Assembly (NCBI GenBank): GCA_028534125.1
Contig: CM052817.1
Coordinates: forward strand, 80,478,001-80,542,000
Direction of reading: 5' to 3'
DNA: 64,000 nucleotides
From: Lama glama
Lineage: Eukaryota
Under the pieces are notes generated by a model that was not told where the DNA came from, did no database searches, and saw only the letters and a program-made list of their open reading frames with translations. The position numbers were made by a program, and so were the translations under genes. Below are positions 23,210 through 35,960 of this stretch, one piece after another; position 1 is the stretch's first letter; each line of letters starts with the position of its first letter.

Positions 23210-24650
23210 TTCATTACCTACCCGCATAATGACTCATTATTTCTTTTCCATTGTGGTCAGAAAATATTTAATCACTGTTAAGATTTAAACCCTTTGAAAC
23301 TTATTGAATTCTGTGTTATGGCTCAGCATATGATCTGTCTGGGTGACCATTCTGTATGCTCTGGAAAACAAAGTGTATTCATCAGTTGTTGGGTGTAGTG
23401 TTCAGTAAATGTTAATTAGATTAATTTGATCAATTGTATTATTTAGACTATCTAGATCCATCATGATTTTGCTTATACTTATTATTTAGACTATCTAGAT
23501 CCATCATGATTTTGCTTATACTTATTCTATCAAGTATACTGAAAGAGGACTATTAAATCTCTAATTTGTGGATTGGTCTGTTTGTCCCTTTGAGTCTGTC
23601 AGTTTTTGCTTCATGAATTTGATGTTCTGCTACTAGGCACATACATATTTAGAATTGCTATGTCTTTTTGACATTTATTATTACAGAATGTCCTACTTTG
23701 TTTCCTATAATACTTTTTCTTGAAGTTTACTGCAGCTGATATTAATATAGCCACTCTAGCTTTCTTAATTCACTATTTGAATGATTTTTAATAGACTTTG
23801 ATGTCCAAGGTATCTATTTCTTTATATTTAATATGTATATATTTGGATTTTGCATTTTTATCTAGGCTAACAATGTTTGTTTTTAAACTAGGATGTCACA
23901 TACATTAAATATGATTATTGACAGAGTTGTAAAGACTCTGGATTCTGTTATCTTCCTGTAAGGAATGTTAATTCTTGTGTTTGTAGTCAATTCAGTTTTG
24001 GTCAATTACCTTGAATTTGTATCTTTGGAAAGCTTAAAATATATCTGAAGCTCTTCTAATTTGGTGAAACTTAATCTCTAAGCACTGTCTTCCCTACAGA
24101 TCTTGCCTGGGCTAGATTTTAGGTTGATTAGAGCAGGTTTATGGCAGGTCTTATTAAGACATGGACTTCCATAGTCTCAGATGAATTCCAAGGGTGTTAA
24201 TGGGGTGCTAATTAGATCTCTTGATCTGGCAGGTCTGGGGCTTTAATGTCCTCCATCAATTTTCAATGTCTAGTATCTCTGTTCTCTTCTCAGCTTTTAG
24301 CAGCTGCTATCTGGAGTCTTGAGTGAGATCACTCACTCATCCCATGTATAGAGTTCTTCAGCCCTTATTCTGCGCAGCTCCCTCCTGTTCAGTCGCCTTG
24401 TCTTGAAAATTCCAGCCATTCCAGCTGCCCTGAATCTCTGAGCTCTGCCTGCCCAGCTTAGCCAAATACCATGCCCAACTTGGACTCCCCTTCTCTTCAC
24501 CTTGGAAATTTCTAATATTTCCTCAGGGATTACTGTCTTGTACTGCCTGTTAACCACTTCCTGGAAATATTTATTTTGTTCAATTTTACAATTGTTTTGG
24601 AGAGAGGAAGGGTTATTTTGGTTCTAGTTACTCCATTGTGGCTGAAAGCC
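23210..24650 (-). mobile_element. Old L1 (ORF2 endonuclease region and upstream part), antisense
   Basis: 'ttccattgtggtcagaaaa', 'tatggctcagcatatgatct', 'gtgtattcatcagttgttgggtgtagtgttc', 'gatattaatatagccactctagctttc'. Confidence 0.8.
23437..23526. repeat. Perfect 43-bp tandem duplication
   Basis: tattatttagactatctagatccatcatgattttgcttatact at 23437-23479 and 23480-23522, followed by 'tatt' again. Confidence 0.95.
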
Positions 24651-25539
24651 CCTATAGTTTTTATTATGAGCAGAAGAGAGAAACTCCTTACCTTGATGAT
24701 TATTTAAGGATGAGTGACCAAAAAATGGCAGAACTTTGTCCATTAAAGCTCATGTTTGATGTCTAGAATTTAATGATTATAAGATAATAGAAATAATAGG
24801 TTCCTATTATTAAAATGTGTACTCCATTTAGGATTTGAGCTTTTCAAAATTATTTGTAAGTATGTTCTATCTAGGTTATTTTTGCTGGTGCCCTCATTAA
24901 TTGTCTTAGAAATATTATTTAACAAAGAAAAAGTAAATAAATATTTTAAACTAGTTATGAGCATTTCAATTTACTGATACCAAGGAAAAATACCACACTT
25001 TTATGAACTCTCAGAGAGTACTGTTAGAGGATAAAGCAAGGGCTAGCAATTTGCATGTGTTTTCCTTGAGATGCTATCAATGCTTCTATGAAGGCTCAGT
25101 CCAGTCTTTTTTTTGAATAAAAGAGTGCTGTAATTGAACATATATATTGCCTAATGTTTGCAGTTGGGTAAGATACAGGACTTCTGATGCCAAAGACTTA
25201 AGACCCTCTCGTCAAATTATTTTTCCATTGTTTCAGGGAAAATTTGTAGCCTCACTGTGAAAATGGGTTTGTTTAAGAAGCCAGTTTTCCCCTCCCCTGC
25301 TTCCAGGATTTTCATATTTCTAAGGAGAACTGAAAAACCTGTTGTGAGTAACTGGTATGGACCTAGTGGGAAGAGCTCTGAATCTTAATAAATTACTGCC
25401 TAATTTTGATTTCCGGCAACTAGGTTTGAATTAAGACGACTGTCTAAAAGCCTCTGCAGAGTCAGATAAGTAGAGGACTCTTTAGAAGGCTTGCTTTTAT
25501 GTAAGTTTTTTTAGGGTAAACCAGGTGTTGTGAATGGGT

Positions 25540-25940
25540 TCATTAAAAAAGTCTTTAGGCTCTCTCGTAGTAAAGAATATGCATATTAAAACAACAATGG
25601 GAGACTATTTCCCTGCTAAACACGAGGACAGAGAAGTTTTACACACTAGCCTCAGAGCAACTGAAGGTGAAGTAGGTAGCTCTGGTTGGAGTGTAAATTG
25701 GTACATATTTTCTAGAGGGCAACAGACAAAAAAGAGTTTCAAAAATGTTTATGTTCAAGGACGTTCATCATACAGTTGTTTATAGTAAAGAAAAATCTGA
25801 AACAACCAAATAATGAGGGGCTATTATATTTTCAGAGAATATTAAATAACATAAGGAAATGTTTTTGACACAACACTGAATAAGAAAAAAGTAGGATCTC
25901 AAAATTGTTTAGCATTAGAATGTTGATAAAAATTCAAAGT
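25540..25940 (+). mobile_element. Old L1 (L1ME-like) ORF2 end
   Basis: 'atgcatattaaaacaacaatgggagactattt', 'ggttggagtgtaaattggtaca', 'aaggacgttcatcatacagttgtttatagtaaag...ctgaaacaacc'. Confidence 0.7.
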
Positions 25941-26019
25941 GACATTTTAGAATATTACATCATATACAGCTATTCATAAACATGTGCAATACAGATCTAT
26001 AGATAGATATTTTTTAATC

Positions 26020-26460
26020 ATAGAATATAAAAAGGATTTATTTGTTTAGCAAGGAATGCTCTAAAATATCCAGGACAAATAATTATCCATTTGAAGATCT
26101 CCAGGGATGGAAATTCCACAAATATTCGTAGTGTTTTTTAACTCTGATGGTCAAGAATTTTTTTTTCTCAAGTTTAACTGAAATCTCTCTGATTTAATTT
26201 AAAACCGCATCTTCTTGTTCTGGTCTTCAAAACTGTAAGAACATTTTTCTTATGCTTTATACACTAATAAAACCACATGAGACATCTCCTTTATCAGATT
26301 AAATCTCTTTATTATACTATTGCCCTCATTATTTAGCATTTTGCCATTTTGTAAATGTCCCTTTTTCCCCTCGAATCTGCTTCAATCCTGCAGATTCACC
26401 GGTAGCCTGTACCTTAAGAAGGATTAGAAACCTGCGGTAAAGAGTGATTCGTATACTTGT
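26020..26460 (-). mobile_element. CR1/L3 fragment, antisense
   Basis: 'ttgaagatctccagggatggaaattccaca...actctgatggtcaagaatttttt...tttaactgaaatctctc' resembles the antisense CR1 3' region. Confidence 0.6.
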
Positions 26461-26629
26461 CTTGAACCCCTATCCCTTCTTACTCCTTCACATTTATTTC
26501 CTGCCTTTGCTGGGACATCAAAGACTTTAAGGGGATCCCAGGAATAGTTGCAGTAATAACAGTTTGGGTTCCTTTAAATTTCTTGTTTATCTTGGATAAT
26601 TTAACTGTCTGCGGGTGCAAAGGCATGGA

Positions 26630-26850
26630 TTTATATTTGCTGGAAACATGCTGCGTGGCAGCACTGTGCAAGGTGCTTTATGTGTATCACCTGGAACGAT
26701 TCTACAGCACCCCTGCCAGTAGGGAACGTTGTTCCTATGTGAAGAAAAGGATATTGAAACTTACATGGCTTAGGTAATTTGCCAGTGAAACCACGAGTCT
26801 ACATCAGACTGGATTTGATCTCAGGTCTCTCTGAGTTCTTGCTGCTACAC
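26630..26850 (-). mobile_element. MIR, antisense
   Basis: 'gcactgtgcaaggtgctttatgtgtatcacc...ggcttaggtaatttgcc...ctggatttgatctcaggtctctctga'. Confidence 0.75.
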
Positions 26851-27369
26851 AATGTACTTTTGTTATTTTAAAAAATAAGAGCTCAACTGGTTCTTTCTTA
26901 GTTTGATCTGGCATATTAAAATTAGCATTTTTAGTATATCATTAAAGCTTTCAATTAGACAGAATTTATTTTTTGTGGCTTGGTGTACAATGAGTTAAAA
27001 CTCTCAAAACAATGACAGTTTCCACTTTATTTTGCCATACGTCTGTCCTGGTGGCTACAGAGAACCCTCATGTTCACACAGTTACCTACAGCCACCCTCC
27101 ATGGCAAATGGCAAACTATGGACCAACTTGGAGAATTTGAAATATGACTTCTAGAATAGCCTGGCTGTGGATCCATCAGGAAAGTCCTGGTGCAATTCAA
27201 GTTCAGGGACGTCACAGATACCAGAGCTATAGAGTTCTCCAAATTGTTCAGAAGGGGCCACAGTGGTGAGGATGGCAATGAACAATGGGGTCCCTCCCAG
27301 GCCACAGCGCCTCCTCCTTCCCTATCTTTAATAAAGGGGGGAGGGAGGGGACACTAAAGCTGCAGAAAA

Positions 27370-27700
27370 GCTACTTTAAAAATTATTTTATAAAACTTGT
27401 CATTATGACTGAATCAGGTCCAGAAAAGCATACATAGTAATACAATATTTGTTGGCATCTATCATTCTGCTTAAGAAATAGAGCAATACAAATACAATTG
27501 AAACCCTTTCTGTAGCCACCCCAATCCTATCCCCATCTTCCTTCTTTCCCCAGGGGTTATATGTGTTTGAGATTCATGCATGTTAATAATGAGAGCTTTA
27601 ATTCATTCACTTTCCACTGATGTATAGTATCCCACAATATGAATACAGTGTAATTTACTCACTTACTTTCAAATTGATGGATGTTTAGGAGACATGGGTA
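27370..27700 (-). mobile_element. Old L1 3' fragment, antisense
   Basis: 'tttgagattcatgcatgtt...ttcattcactttccactgatgtatagtatcccacaatatgaata...ttgatggatgtttagg'. Confidence 0.65.
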
Positions 27701-27890
27701 AGATTGGTGGGGGAATATGTGATTGATGTGAGTTATTTTCTAGGCTTATTTTTGTTTTGGGAGGTGGATTCAACAGATGTTTATTACATTATTAAAAATA
27801 AGCAATTAAATATAAGCTGAACATGGGTCATGAACCAAGGATCACAGTTAATCCAATTAAGATACACCAGATTATGAATAAAAATCACAA

Positions 27891-28280
27891 CTATTAGTTT
27901 GCTAGGGCTGCCATACAAAGCACCAAAGACTGGGTGGCTTAAACAACAGAAGTGTATTTTCTCACAATTGTGGAGGCTAGAAGTTCAAGACAAAGGTGTT
28001 GGCAGGGCTGGTTTCTTCTGTGCTTCTCTCCTTGGGTTGTAGATGGCTGTCTTCTCTTTCCTGTTTCCTCCCATAGTCTTCCCTCTGTGTGCGTGTCTGA
28101 TTCCTAATCTCTTTCTCTTATGAGAATCCAGTCATACAGGATTAGGGCCCACACTAATGACCTCATTTTAAGTTAATTACCTCTTTAAAGACCCTATCTC
28201 CAAATATAGTCACATTCTGAGATACTGGGAGTTAGGACTTCAACATACGTATTTGGGGGCATGTAATTCAGCCCCTAACA
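27891..28280 (-). mobile_element. MaLR solo LTR (MLT1A/B/C-like)
   Basis: 'tattagtttgctagggctgccatacaaagcaccaaagactgggtggcttaaacaacagaa' ... 'ctccaaatatagtcacattctgagatactggg...attcagcccctaaca'. Confidence 0.92.
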
Positions 28281-28449
28281 ACTGTTAAAGACAATGCTTC
28301 AAAGACATTCCAGTAAAGCTTTCCTTGTACAAGTAAGTGCAAGTTTCCCTGGGGAATCCACTTAAGTATGGAAGGGCTAGGTCACCAAAACAGAGTGCTG
28401 TTAAGTGAATGATGATGATGCTTGCAGTGTGAAAATCTAAAAACACAGC

Positions 28450-28685
28450 AATAATAGTAGCTAGTATTTTTCAAGTGACAATAACTACAGTATACGAAAT
28501 TTTATTTAATTTTTACAACATCCATTTGAGGTAGGTATTATCATTATTCCCATTTTCCCGAGAAGGAAACCGAGGCTTAAGGAAATGAAGTCATCTTTCT
28601 AAGGGTCCAGAGGAGCCAGTGATAAAGCTGGGATTCTAACCTAGGTCTGTGTGATTCCAAAGTCTGTGCTTTTGTACACTGTAGC
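28450..28685 (-). mobile_element. MIR, antisense
   Basis: 'tgaggtaggtattatcattattcccattttc...ggaaaccgaggctt...gctgggattctaacctaggtctgtgtgattccaaagtctgtgct'. Confidence 0.88.
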
Positions 28686-28698
28686 TCTATTTGGGGAA

Positions 28699-28724
28699 CA
28701 CACACACACACACACACACACACA
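28699..28724. repeat. (CA)n microsatellite
   Basis: Direct CA run. Confidence 0.95.
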
Positions 28725-28934
28725 CCCCTACCTCTGTGCAGTGTTGCTCCGCAGCACAGTTAGCCCCTAGATCAAAAATCCCTTTAGTAAGCTGTACTAG
28801 ATGTGGCTTGAATGACAAGCGCTGTGAGAACAGCCCAGGAAAAGAAAGGAGGTACCAATCCCCTGAAAAACAACTCCCAGAAAGGCACATCTGTGTTGAT
28901 TTACAAAAATAGAAAAGCATAGAAACCTTGTAGC

Positions 28935-29420
28935 TGGGAGGCCCCGGCCGGAGGGGCAGCGGCTCGACATCCTGTGACGCCAAGAAGTGGTGGCGGAAGT
29001 CGAACAATGGCCCCAGATGCCAGCCGAGCAGGGAGCCCTTCGGGGGAAGGAGTGTGTGTCACCCAGCAGCTGCGGGCCGGGCGCAGGAAGGAAGTGCGGG
29101 ACCCGCGGGGTTGCCGTGAGCACCCTGCGCCTCGGGAAAGGCAGGGCGCCCTGGCACAAGCCGGCGCGCGGCACAGGTGCTGTATGGCCTTTGTTGTTAT
29201 TCCCTTCACGTGGCCCGGTTCCCGCAGACACACAAGTCAGAAACAGTAGCCTCTTTGAAAGAGGAGATAAGAGTCAGATTAACAAGCCCTCCGTTAGCAT
29301 CCCACGGCGGGGGTGTCCGCCCCGTTCATCTCATTAACCCAACCTTTAAATAACACTTGGGCAGATAGCCCCGGACAACACTCGGGGGGTGGGGTGGGGG
29401 GAGGTGGGGAGCGGTGTTCT
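28935..29420. promoter_or_regulatory. Small CpG-rich island / enhancer-promoter-like element
   Basis: Dense CpGs, ETS motifs (GCGGAAGT, AGGAAGTG), CRE half-site TGACG, E-box CACGTG, GC box CCGCCC; further GC-rich patch at ~29.8-30.0 kb. Confidence 0.6.
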
Positions 29421-30377
29421 TTCCGACTTTCATGGCAGGAAAAAGCAAAAGATGCTGGTCTCATTACACTAAAACAAGCTGGAAAGGGAAATCAGGATTT
29501 CACTTGAAGCACAAACAAAAGTGATTTTCAGTAAATGAAGATCCAGTTCTTAGGGTGCAGAGACGAATTACCCAAGGTCAAGTGATTTGAAAAGACGCTT
29601 TCTCTCTCTTTTTTCCCCCCTCTCACTCCTTCCATCTCTTCAGCCCAATTGGAATTTCTTCCCTTGAAAATTCTATAGGACCGTAGAGTTAGAGGTGGGA
29701 ACGGTTAGATCTTTGAAGCCATCTTTCTGCTGCTGAGATATTCCTGTGGAACAGTCTGTACCGCTTTGCCTGGCGTGGCTTTGAACAATGTGTCTTTTAT
29801 CAGATGAACTGTTGTGGAGACGGAGGCCTCGGTTTCTGTCCAGAACAGGTATGGCCCAGGCGGGAACGAGGAAGAGGCACACCTCCCCGCACCAGGCAGG
29901 CCCGGCCCGCTGGCGGGCACTCAGAAGGGCAAGAGGGGAGCCAGGACTCCACTTTGATGTGTTTGTGTGCTGGGGGCAGGGCGGGGGAGTAAATACCAGG
30001 GAGAGTTTTGCAATGCAGGCCTATCAGCTGAGCGCTGGACAAACGTTTTTACCAGCGGCTGTTTCCCTGAGGCTGCTGACAGTTTGGGCCACTTGTGTAA
30101 GACATTCCTGAAAGAGAGGAGCATTTGTTCAACTTATATAACTTCTTTTTACATCATAAGACTAAAGCAGTCCTTCCGGGCTTATGTCCTGTTGAACAGC
30201 ATCCAATTGAAACTTCTTTCCTTTCCACACTTAGAAACCTGACGACCCATTTCAATTCCGCCTGATAGCATAGCTTACTGTTTGCCCGCGGTCCTTCTCT
30301 GGCCCTCCTAGACAGCCAGGTTTCCTCCTGACATTCCTTCTTCCTCTTGTAAGTCTAGCTGTTTTTTTTTTTTTTAA

Positions 30378-30510
30378 GGGGGGGAGGGTATAGCTCAGTG
30401 GTAGAATGCTTAGCTTGCACGAGGTCCTGCGTTCAATCCCTAGTACCTCCATTTAAAAATACATCAATCAATCAATCAACCTACTTACCCTCTTCCCCCC
30501 TCAAAAAAAT
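30378..30510 (+). mobile_element. Vic-1-type camelid SINE
   Basis: GGGGGGGAGGGTATAGCTCAGTGGTAGAATGCTTAGCTTGCACGAGGTCCTGCGTTCAATCCCTAGTACCTCC, (ATCA)n, C-rich linker, A tail. Confidence 0.92.
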
Positions 30511-31109
30511 CCAAAGAAATTCTTTGAAAAGAAGCCAAATCTTATGATTGAACAATTTCTACAATGTGTTCTTAAATTGGGTGTGTGTGTGTAAAATGAA
30601 TATTTTTTTTGTGCATGTAAAATGTATGTATTTTTAAGACGTTGGGGATACTGTGTGATTCTGGAATTGCAAGGTAGGAGTTTAGCTAATGGAGTTGGGG
30701 GATATCAGGGTGTGTGCGTGGCTGGGGTTGCCTGCTCAGGAATGTGGAGATGTGCATTCACATACTTCCTGCCCCCCGGTAAAGGAGTTTAATAAAGCAC
30801 ATGCAGCTTCTTATATTTGCTATAGCTTTTTATTTTTCCCTGCCCATTTCTTTTTTAACAAAAATGCTGATCAGTCATGCTTTGGTTTGTCTTTCTTTAA
30901 AGGTTTTTAGTACAAATTGGTTTCAGGCATTATGACTGAATACAAGCATCTAATAATCATTACTGTACCCTGGTGCTTCCCAATACTGCTAACCCTGTGG
31001 CCTCGCAAGAGGTCCCATTCACCCAAGCAAGCTTGGTGGGTGATGGAGGGACTTCGCTCTCTTTCGTTTAGGGGTGTACAGTTCGGAGTGCACCTTCACA
31101 CAGGTGTTC

Positions 31110-31420
31110 TCACCTTCCTTGCACAGCAGCCATAAGTAAGCAGCACAGGTGTTACTAGATTCATCTGACAGATGAGGCCGCAGGGCTCAGGGAGGCCAAG
31201 GGCTTCTGTCCAAGTCACAGTTGGGAAGTCGCAGAGCCAGGCTCCTTTCTCTAAAAGCACTTATGGCTCAATCAGCATGGGTTTCCACTAGTATCATGGT
31301 TGTTACCATGCGCCAGTCACTGTAACCTGGTGCTTCATGAATGTTATTCCAGTTACTACTCACTACGACTGAAGAGTTGGCACCGGTGATGGCAGAAGAG
31401 GAACCCGAGGATCACTTCAT
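31110..31420 (-). mobile_element. Two degenerate MIR fragments, antisense
   Basis: 'ctgacagatgaggccgcagggctcagggaggccaagggcttctgtccaagtcacag' and 'taccatgcgccagtcactgta...gaagaggaacccgagg'. Confidence 0.6.
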
Positions 31421-33116
31421 CCAGACAGTCTTCTCATTTGGAATCAGGTCACCGGATGCACCTCCGGTGCTCTTTAAACTCTAGCCCTCTCAGGAACATG
31501 GCCCCGTGTCTCACTCTGTGCTCTATCGCTTTTCCCTTCCCGTCGCCTGCTGGAGCTGGGCTGGGCCCTGCTTTGGGATGTCGAAGAGGGAAGAAAGTCA
31601 CGGGCACGACATGCCAGTGGAGGAGGCTTGGCCATCCCCGAGATGTTCGGGGAAGGGGGGGCTTTGAAATGTACACATGCGAAACCAAGCACAGGGGACA
31701 CCAGGGCCACCTGGGACGAGAAGTGAGGAAACTGTGACCCATCTGTGGGCAGGACTGCAGCTCCCAAAGTGAAGAGGCCACTGGGAACTCCCAAAAAATC
31801 AGGGTCTCAGTCCCGCATTGCTTTGTGTCTGTAACACCCTGGTGCTCTCGACACCCTGCCATAAATCCACAAAGGGAATGGGCACTCTGCTCTTAACCTG
31901 GGACAATTGAAAGAAAAAATTGTTATTGTTTTTTCAATATTGTTGCAATTGCTGTACCCTCGGCATTATCTGTGAGCAATCTTGTGGATTTGGCAGACAT
32001 CAGGACCAACTTGGATTGGGAAGTGCCAGACGGGGAACATTTGAGTAAAATTTTCAGGAAAAGAAAATGTTCTTGAGAGTTAAAATTGATCACTTTAATA
32101 TGTGTGGCTTATATTCTTAAGCTTAAATTTGAATTTCCAGGTGTGGCCCCTTATAACATTCATATAAAAATTACCACTATTTTTGAAAACTTTCTATTTC
32201 AAATGGTACTGGGTTTTTAGTATTATTCCAAAGGAAGGAATGTGATATATCAGAGCTACTACTGGCTCTTACATGTCTCAGTGCTTGCACTCATAAAAAC
32301 ACCCTGCTAAAAGGTGTGGCTTCATTTCAAGTTATTGGAGATGCCTAACAAAACGATCATCATGAATTACAATGCGTTATTATTGACATACTGAATGTTT
32401 AGAAGCAGAACCAGCTTGATATCTTAAAGACTAACTGACTGAATAGCAATTGTCTCATGTGAAAATAAAGTCTTTTATCTACCTGCTTGGTTTCTCTTTA
32501 CACAAAAGGAAAGTTAATCTAGAATCAGATGGAATGTTCCAGAGATGGACACTGTTCATGTGAGCGTGGTCATTTGTGGGGGCAGGGTTTGGCCAGGAAA
32601 ATAGTAGTCACTCTCTGTGTTCTAGGTATAAAGAGGTTAATTGAGGATTAGGAACTTACACAATTTTTGGAAAAGCTGGGGGTGGGGGTGGTGAGGTGGG
32701 GTGCACCGGCGCAGAGCTTTGTGAAGCTGCCCTTGAAGGTCAGAGGAGTTGACTCTGAAGCCCACTAGAGTAGTTTCCAAAAGCTTGTCTGCAAGCTGTG
32801 GTACTTCTTGAGAACTTCTGAGAAGCTCTCACTGTCTCAGTCTGCTGGGCCAAGTGGGTGGTTCTCAAAGACCTGCCTGTGCTTTTGTGTGCAAATGCTT
32901 CCGAAGAATCAGAGAACTGGCTTCACCTTGCACATCTATCCCGAGTCCTCTCCAGAACTCTCCACAAGGATTCCTGGGCTGTTCCTAGGCTTAGACAGGG
33001 TCGGTGGTGGCACTGGATTGGCCGTAGCCAATCTAGCATATGGCCTACTTCCCTAAACTCTTGCAGAAAAAAAAAAATCGATATAATCACAGAACAAAAA
33101 TAGACCCTGGCATGAG

Positions 33117-33520
33117 TTCCTTCCTTCCTTCATTCATTCAATGAAATATGCCTCGAGTAGTCAGGCTATGTGCTGTGTGCCATGTGCTTGGAATGCTGTT
33201 GTACAGAGACAGACTGATGCCTGCTTATCCTAGTCGGGAAGACTATTAACATGCAAATAACCCCACCAAAATAACGATAGCTTTTGATGGTAGGAAGGAT
33301 GTAGGGGCTGTGGTAGGTGGCATTTCAGGTTGAGTGGTACCTCCCTGGTGGCACTTTCCCATGGTGCCTTGTATTAGACTTACCTGGATATATTTCTTCC
33401 TCCTCTGTGAAGTTTTAAGCCCTTGGAGGCCAGGAAAGTTAGCCTACTTATAATCTTACTCTTTCCAAGTACTGTAAAGGCAAGAAGGCAAGTAAGCGTG
33501 AGTTAGACAAATGTAGGCCA
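33117..33520. mobile_element. L2 fragments (antisense tail, then sense 3' part)
   Basis: 'ttccttccttcattcattcaatgaaatatgcctcgag...tgcttggaatgc...acagagacagac'; 'ttttaagcccttggaggccagga'. Confidence 0.65.
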
Positions 33521-35722
33521 CAGTTCAGAATTCCGGACAGAGTCAGGAGCTTCCAGGGCAATCAGATGGATGAAATGTTTTAATTTTGTGTATGATTCAC
33601 ATTCTTATGTAAACAAGGGTGCGTGGTGGGGATTGGTCACATATTCCTCCATTTCTTTTGTTAAATACCTGGAATCTCAGTCTTGACACTTTGGTTCTCA
33701 GAGTTCTCATAAAACAATCCTCCTTTGAGGGGGTGGATTCCTCCAGTCTAACTGAAGAGGGCAGGGGCAAAGATAACAGAAACTATCAGAAGATAAAACA
33801 TGTTGGTGAATATGTTAGACTAGTATTCCATGATACCTGGCAGGAAACAGGCGAAAAATGAAAGCCCATCACAAATTCAGGAGAATAAATATTTTAGTTT
33901 GAATTATTCAGATTAAACATCTGTATCCAGTGCAGTAATTGACATGTCAGCGGACTAATTGTGTACCTCTCAGGGGAATGACCCATGGGGTGAAACTTAC
34001 AAACAGCAGAAATGTAGGTTTGTTCAAGGTTCCCTCTTGGGGATAATGTTGAAAGCCCACATCTTCCTGAAAAGCAGATCATATAATGAATTACGCCAAT
34101 CATTTCTTCTCATCTGTTGTTTGCAAATGTAAATGAGATTTATAGTCTCTTACTCTCCTTTTGCATTTTATCAAAACTGAGACAAGCAGAAAGAGAAATA
34201 TGCCGAGAGTTAAGTTTCTTGTCCTTTTGGCTACCTCTCCACAAAAACATATCCCAAATCATCTCTTCTCCCCACATTTGATTCTCCCTGGCAAGAAACA
34301 GTCTTGGTCCCCAAGATTGATTGGGAAGAATAAATTGCAAATGTTGCTGCTGTCTGTAAACAGAGTGTTAAATGTGGCTAGTTAAAAGGCAGCTCATTCT
34401 GGGGAACTTTCTGTGGCTCACCATTTCCTCGTCTGCTTCCCAGCCTCCCTGAACGATGAATGACACATTTTGCCCCAGCTTGTGTTGCACCCAATGATAA
34501 ACAGATGGATCCTAGCCACAGCATGAAGATGGGAAATCTGTTTGGGACAATATGTTTCATATTCCTGCCCAGCTGCCTTCTGCTTCTGTCTTTATAAAGT
34601 CTGCTAAAAATTTAGGACTTTGCATTGTCATCTATGAAGGAGTGTTTTTCACCTCTGCCCCCTTCCTTCTCTGCCACTATAAATTATTTCTCCAGTAGTG
34701 ATTTATGTAATGTCCTTAAGGGAGAAAGGCTGTGACAGCAACACAAAGAGAAAGATGCTCCGGATGGAGAGCCCCACGAGCCCCCCCATCCCAGCAAGGT
34801 AGTGTCCCAGAGCATGAAACTATAGTTTTCTTTGATTTTTTGACTGTGAAAGGAAAAAAAAAAACTTATTCCCTCTCCCACATCCTTCTCCTCACTTCAG
34901 ACCAAAGTGCATTTAATACCTCTCCGTGTCATGTTAAGATGTACTGATAATTATTCCGAGAAAGATCAGCTTAGACACAAGAGCAGTGTTATCTGGTAGG
35001 CTCTTGTGTCACCATGCTACATGCCTCTTTTAACCACGTTGAACCATTTAACCTATTAATTTGGTTGATTTAATTTGTCTCTACTAGGTATATGATGGGA
35101 ATAATACGGTAAAGAAATATTTCTGGGGAATTTTAATATTTGAAAATTATGGATTGCTATGTTTTTATTTGCTGTCGCAACCAGTTAATCCAAATATTTA
35201 CTGGGTGCTGCTCTAGGCAAAGCCCATCGCCATATGCTGCTGTGAAATCTACATCACGCTCTGGAATGGCAATGATCACTTAGTTACTTAGTAGATTCTT
35301 CTCTCTGTAATCTGTGTGAAGACCCATGCCTCTTCCACTTTATAGCAGTGTCAAGCACATTGTAAGCAATTTTGATTAAAGACTGTCTTATAGGATGGAG
35401 AAATAATCTTTATAAAGATTAATATGAGATGCTGAATTTCCAATCAGGATGGTGAATAAACAAGGTATTGGCACAAAGGGAAATAGTTTCATATGCAAGG
35501 CTACATGTGGCAAAGTACAAAAGCTGCTACCTGATGAAGGTCTGTCAAGTGGCCTCCCAAGATGGGATTTACGTTCATGAATTCATAGTGATCTGAACTA
35601 CAGTGTAGGATTAGAAACTTGACTTTATCACTGTGCTGAAATGTGTTCTTTCTATAGAAGCTGCCTCTTACTAGTCAAGCTCATGGGGACTGATGTATAA
35701 TCACAATGTCCGTTTATTAATT

Positions 35723-35960
35723 ATTTATCATTTTTTAAAATATATATTTTTATTAAAGTATAATCAGTATACAATGTGTCAATTTCTGGTGTACAGCACA
35801 ATGCTTCAGTCATACATGAACATACATATATTCATTTTCATATTCTTTTTCACCATAAGATACTCAATATTAATTCCCTGTGCTATACAGTATGAACTTG
35901 TTATTTATCTATTATATACATATTAGTTAGTATCTGCAAATCTTGAACTCCCAGTTTACA
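35723..35960 (-). mobile_element. Young camelid-type L1 3' end with TSD, antisense
   Basis: Closely matches the reverse complement of the 3' UTR of the 4823-5351 copy ('tgtgtcaatttctggtgtacagcacaatgcttcagtcatacatgaacatac'); TSD gtttattaatt 35712-35722 / gtttgttaatt 35961-35971. Confidence 0.9.

Noticed and set aside
28687..30242. Multiple overlapping ORFs as coding exons
   Set aside because: Stop-poor GC-rich sequence with low-complexity R/G/P/A translations on both strands.
30378..30450. tRNA gene
   Set aside because: It is the tRNA-like head of a Vic-1-type SINE, followed by the SINE body and A tail.
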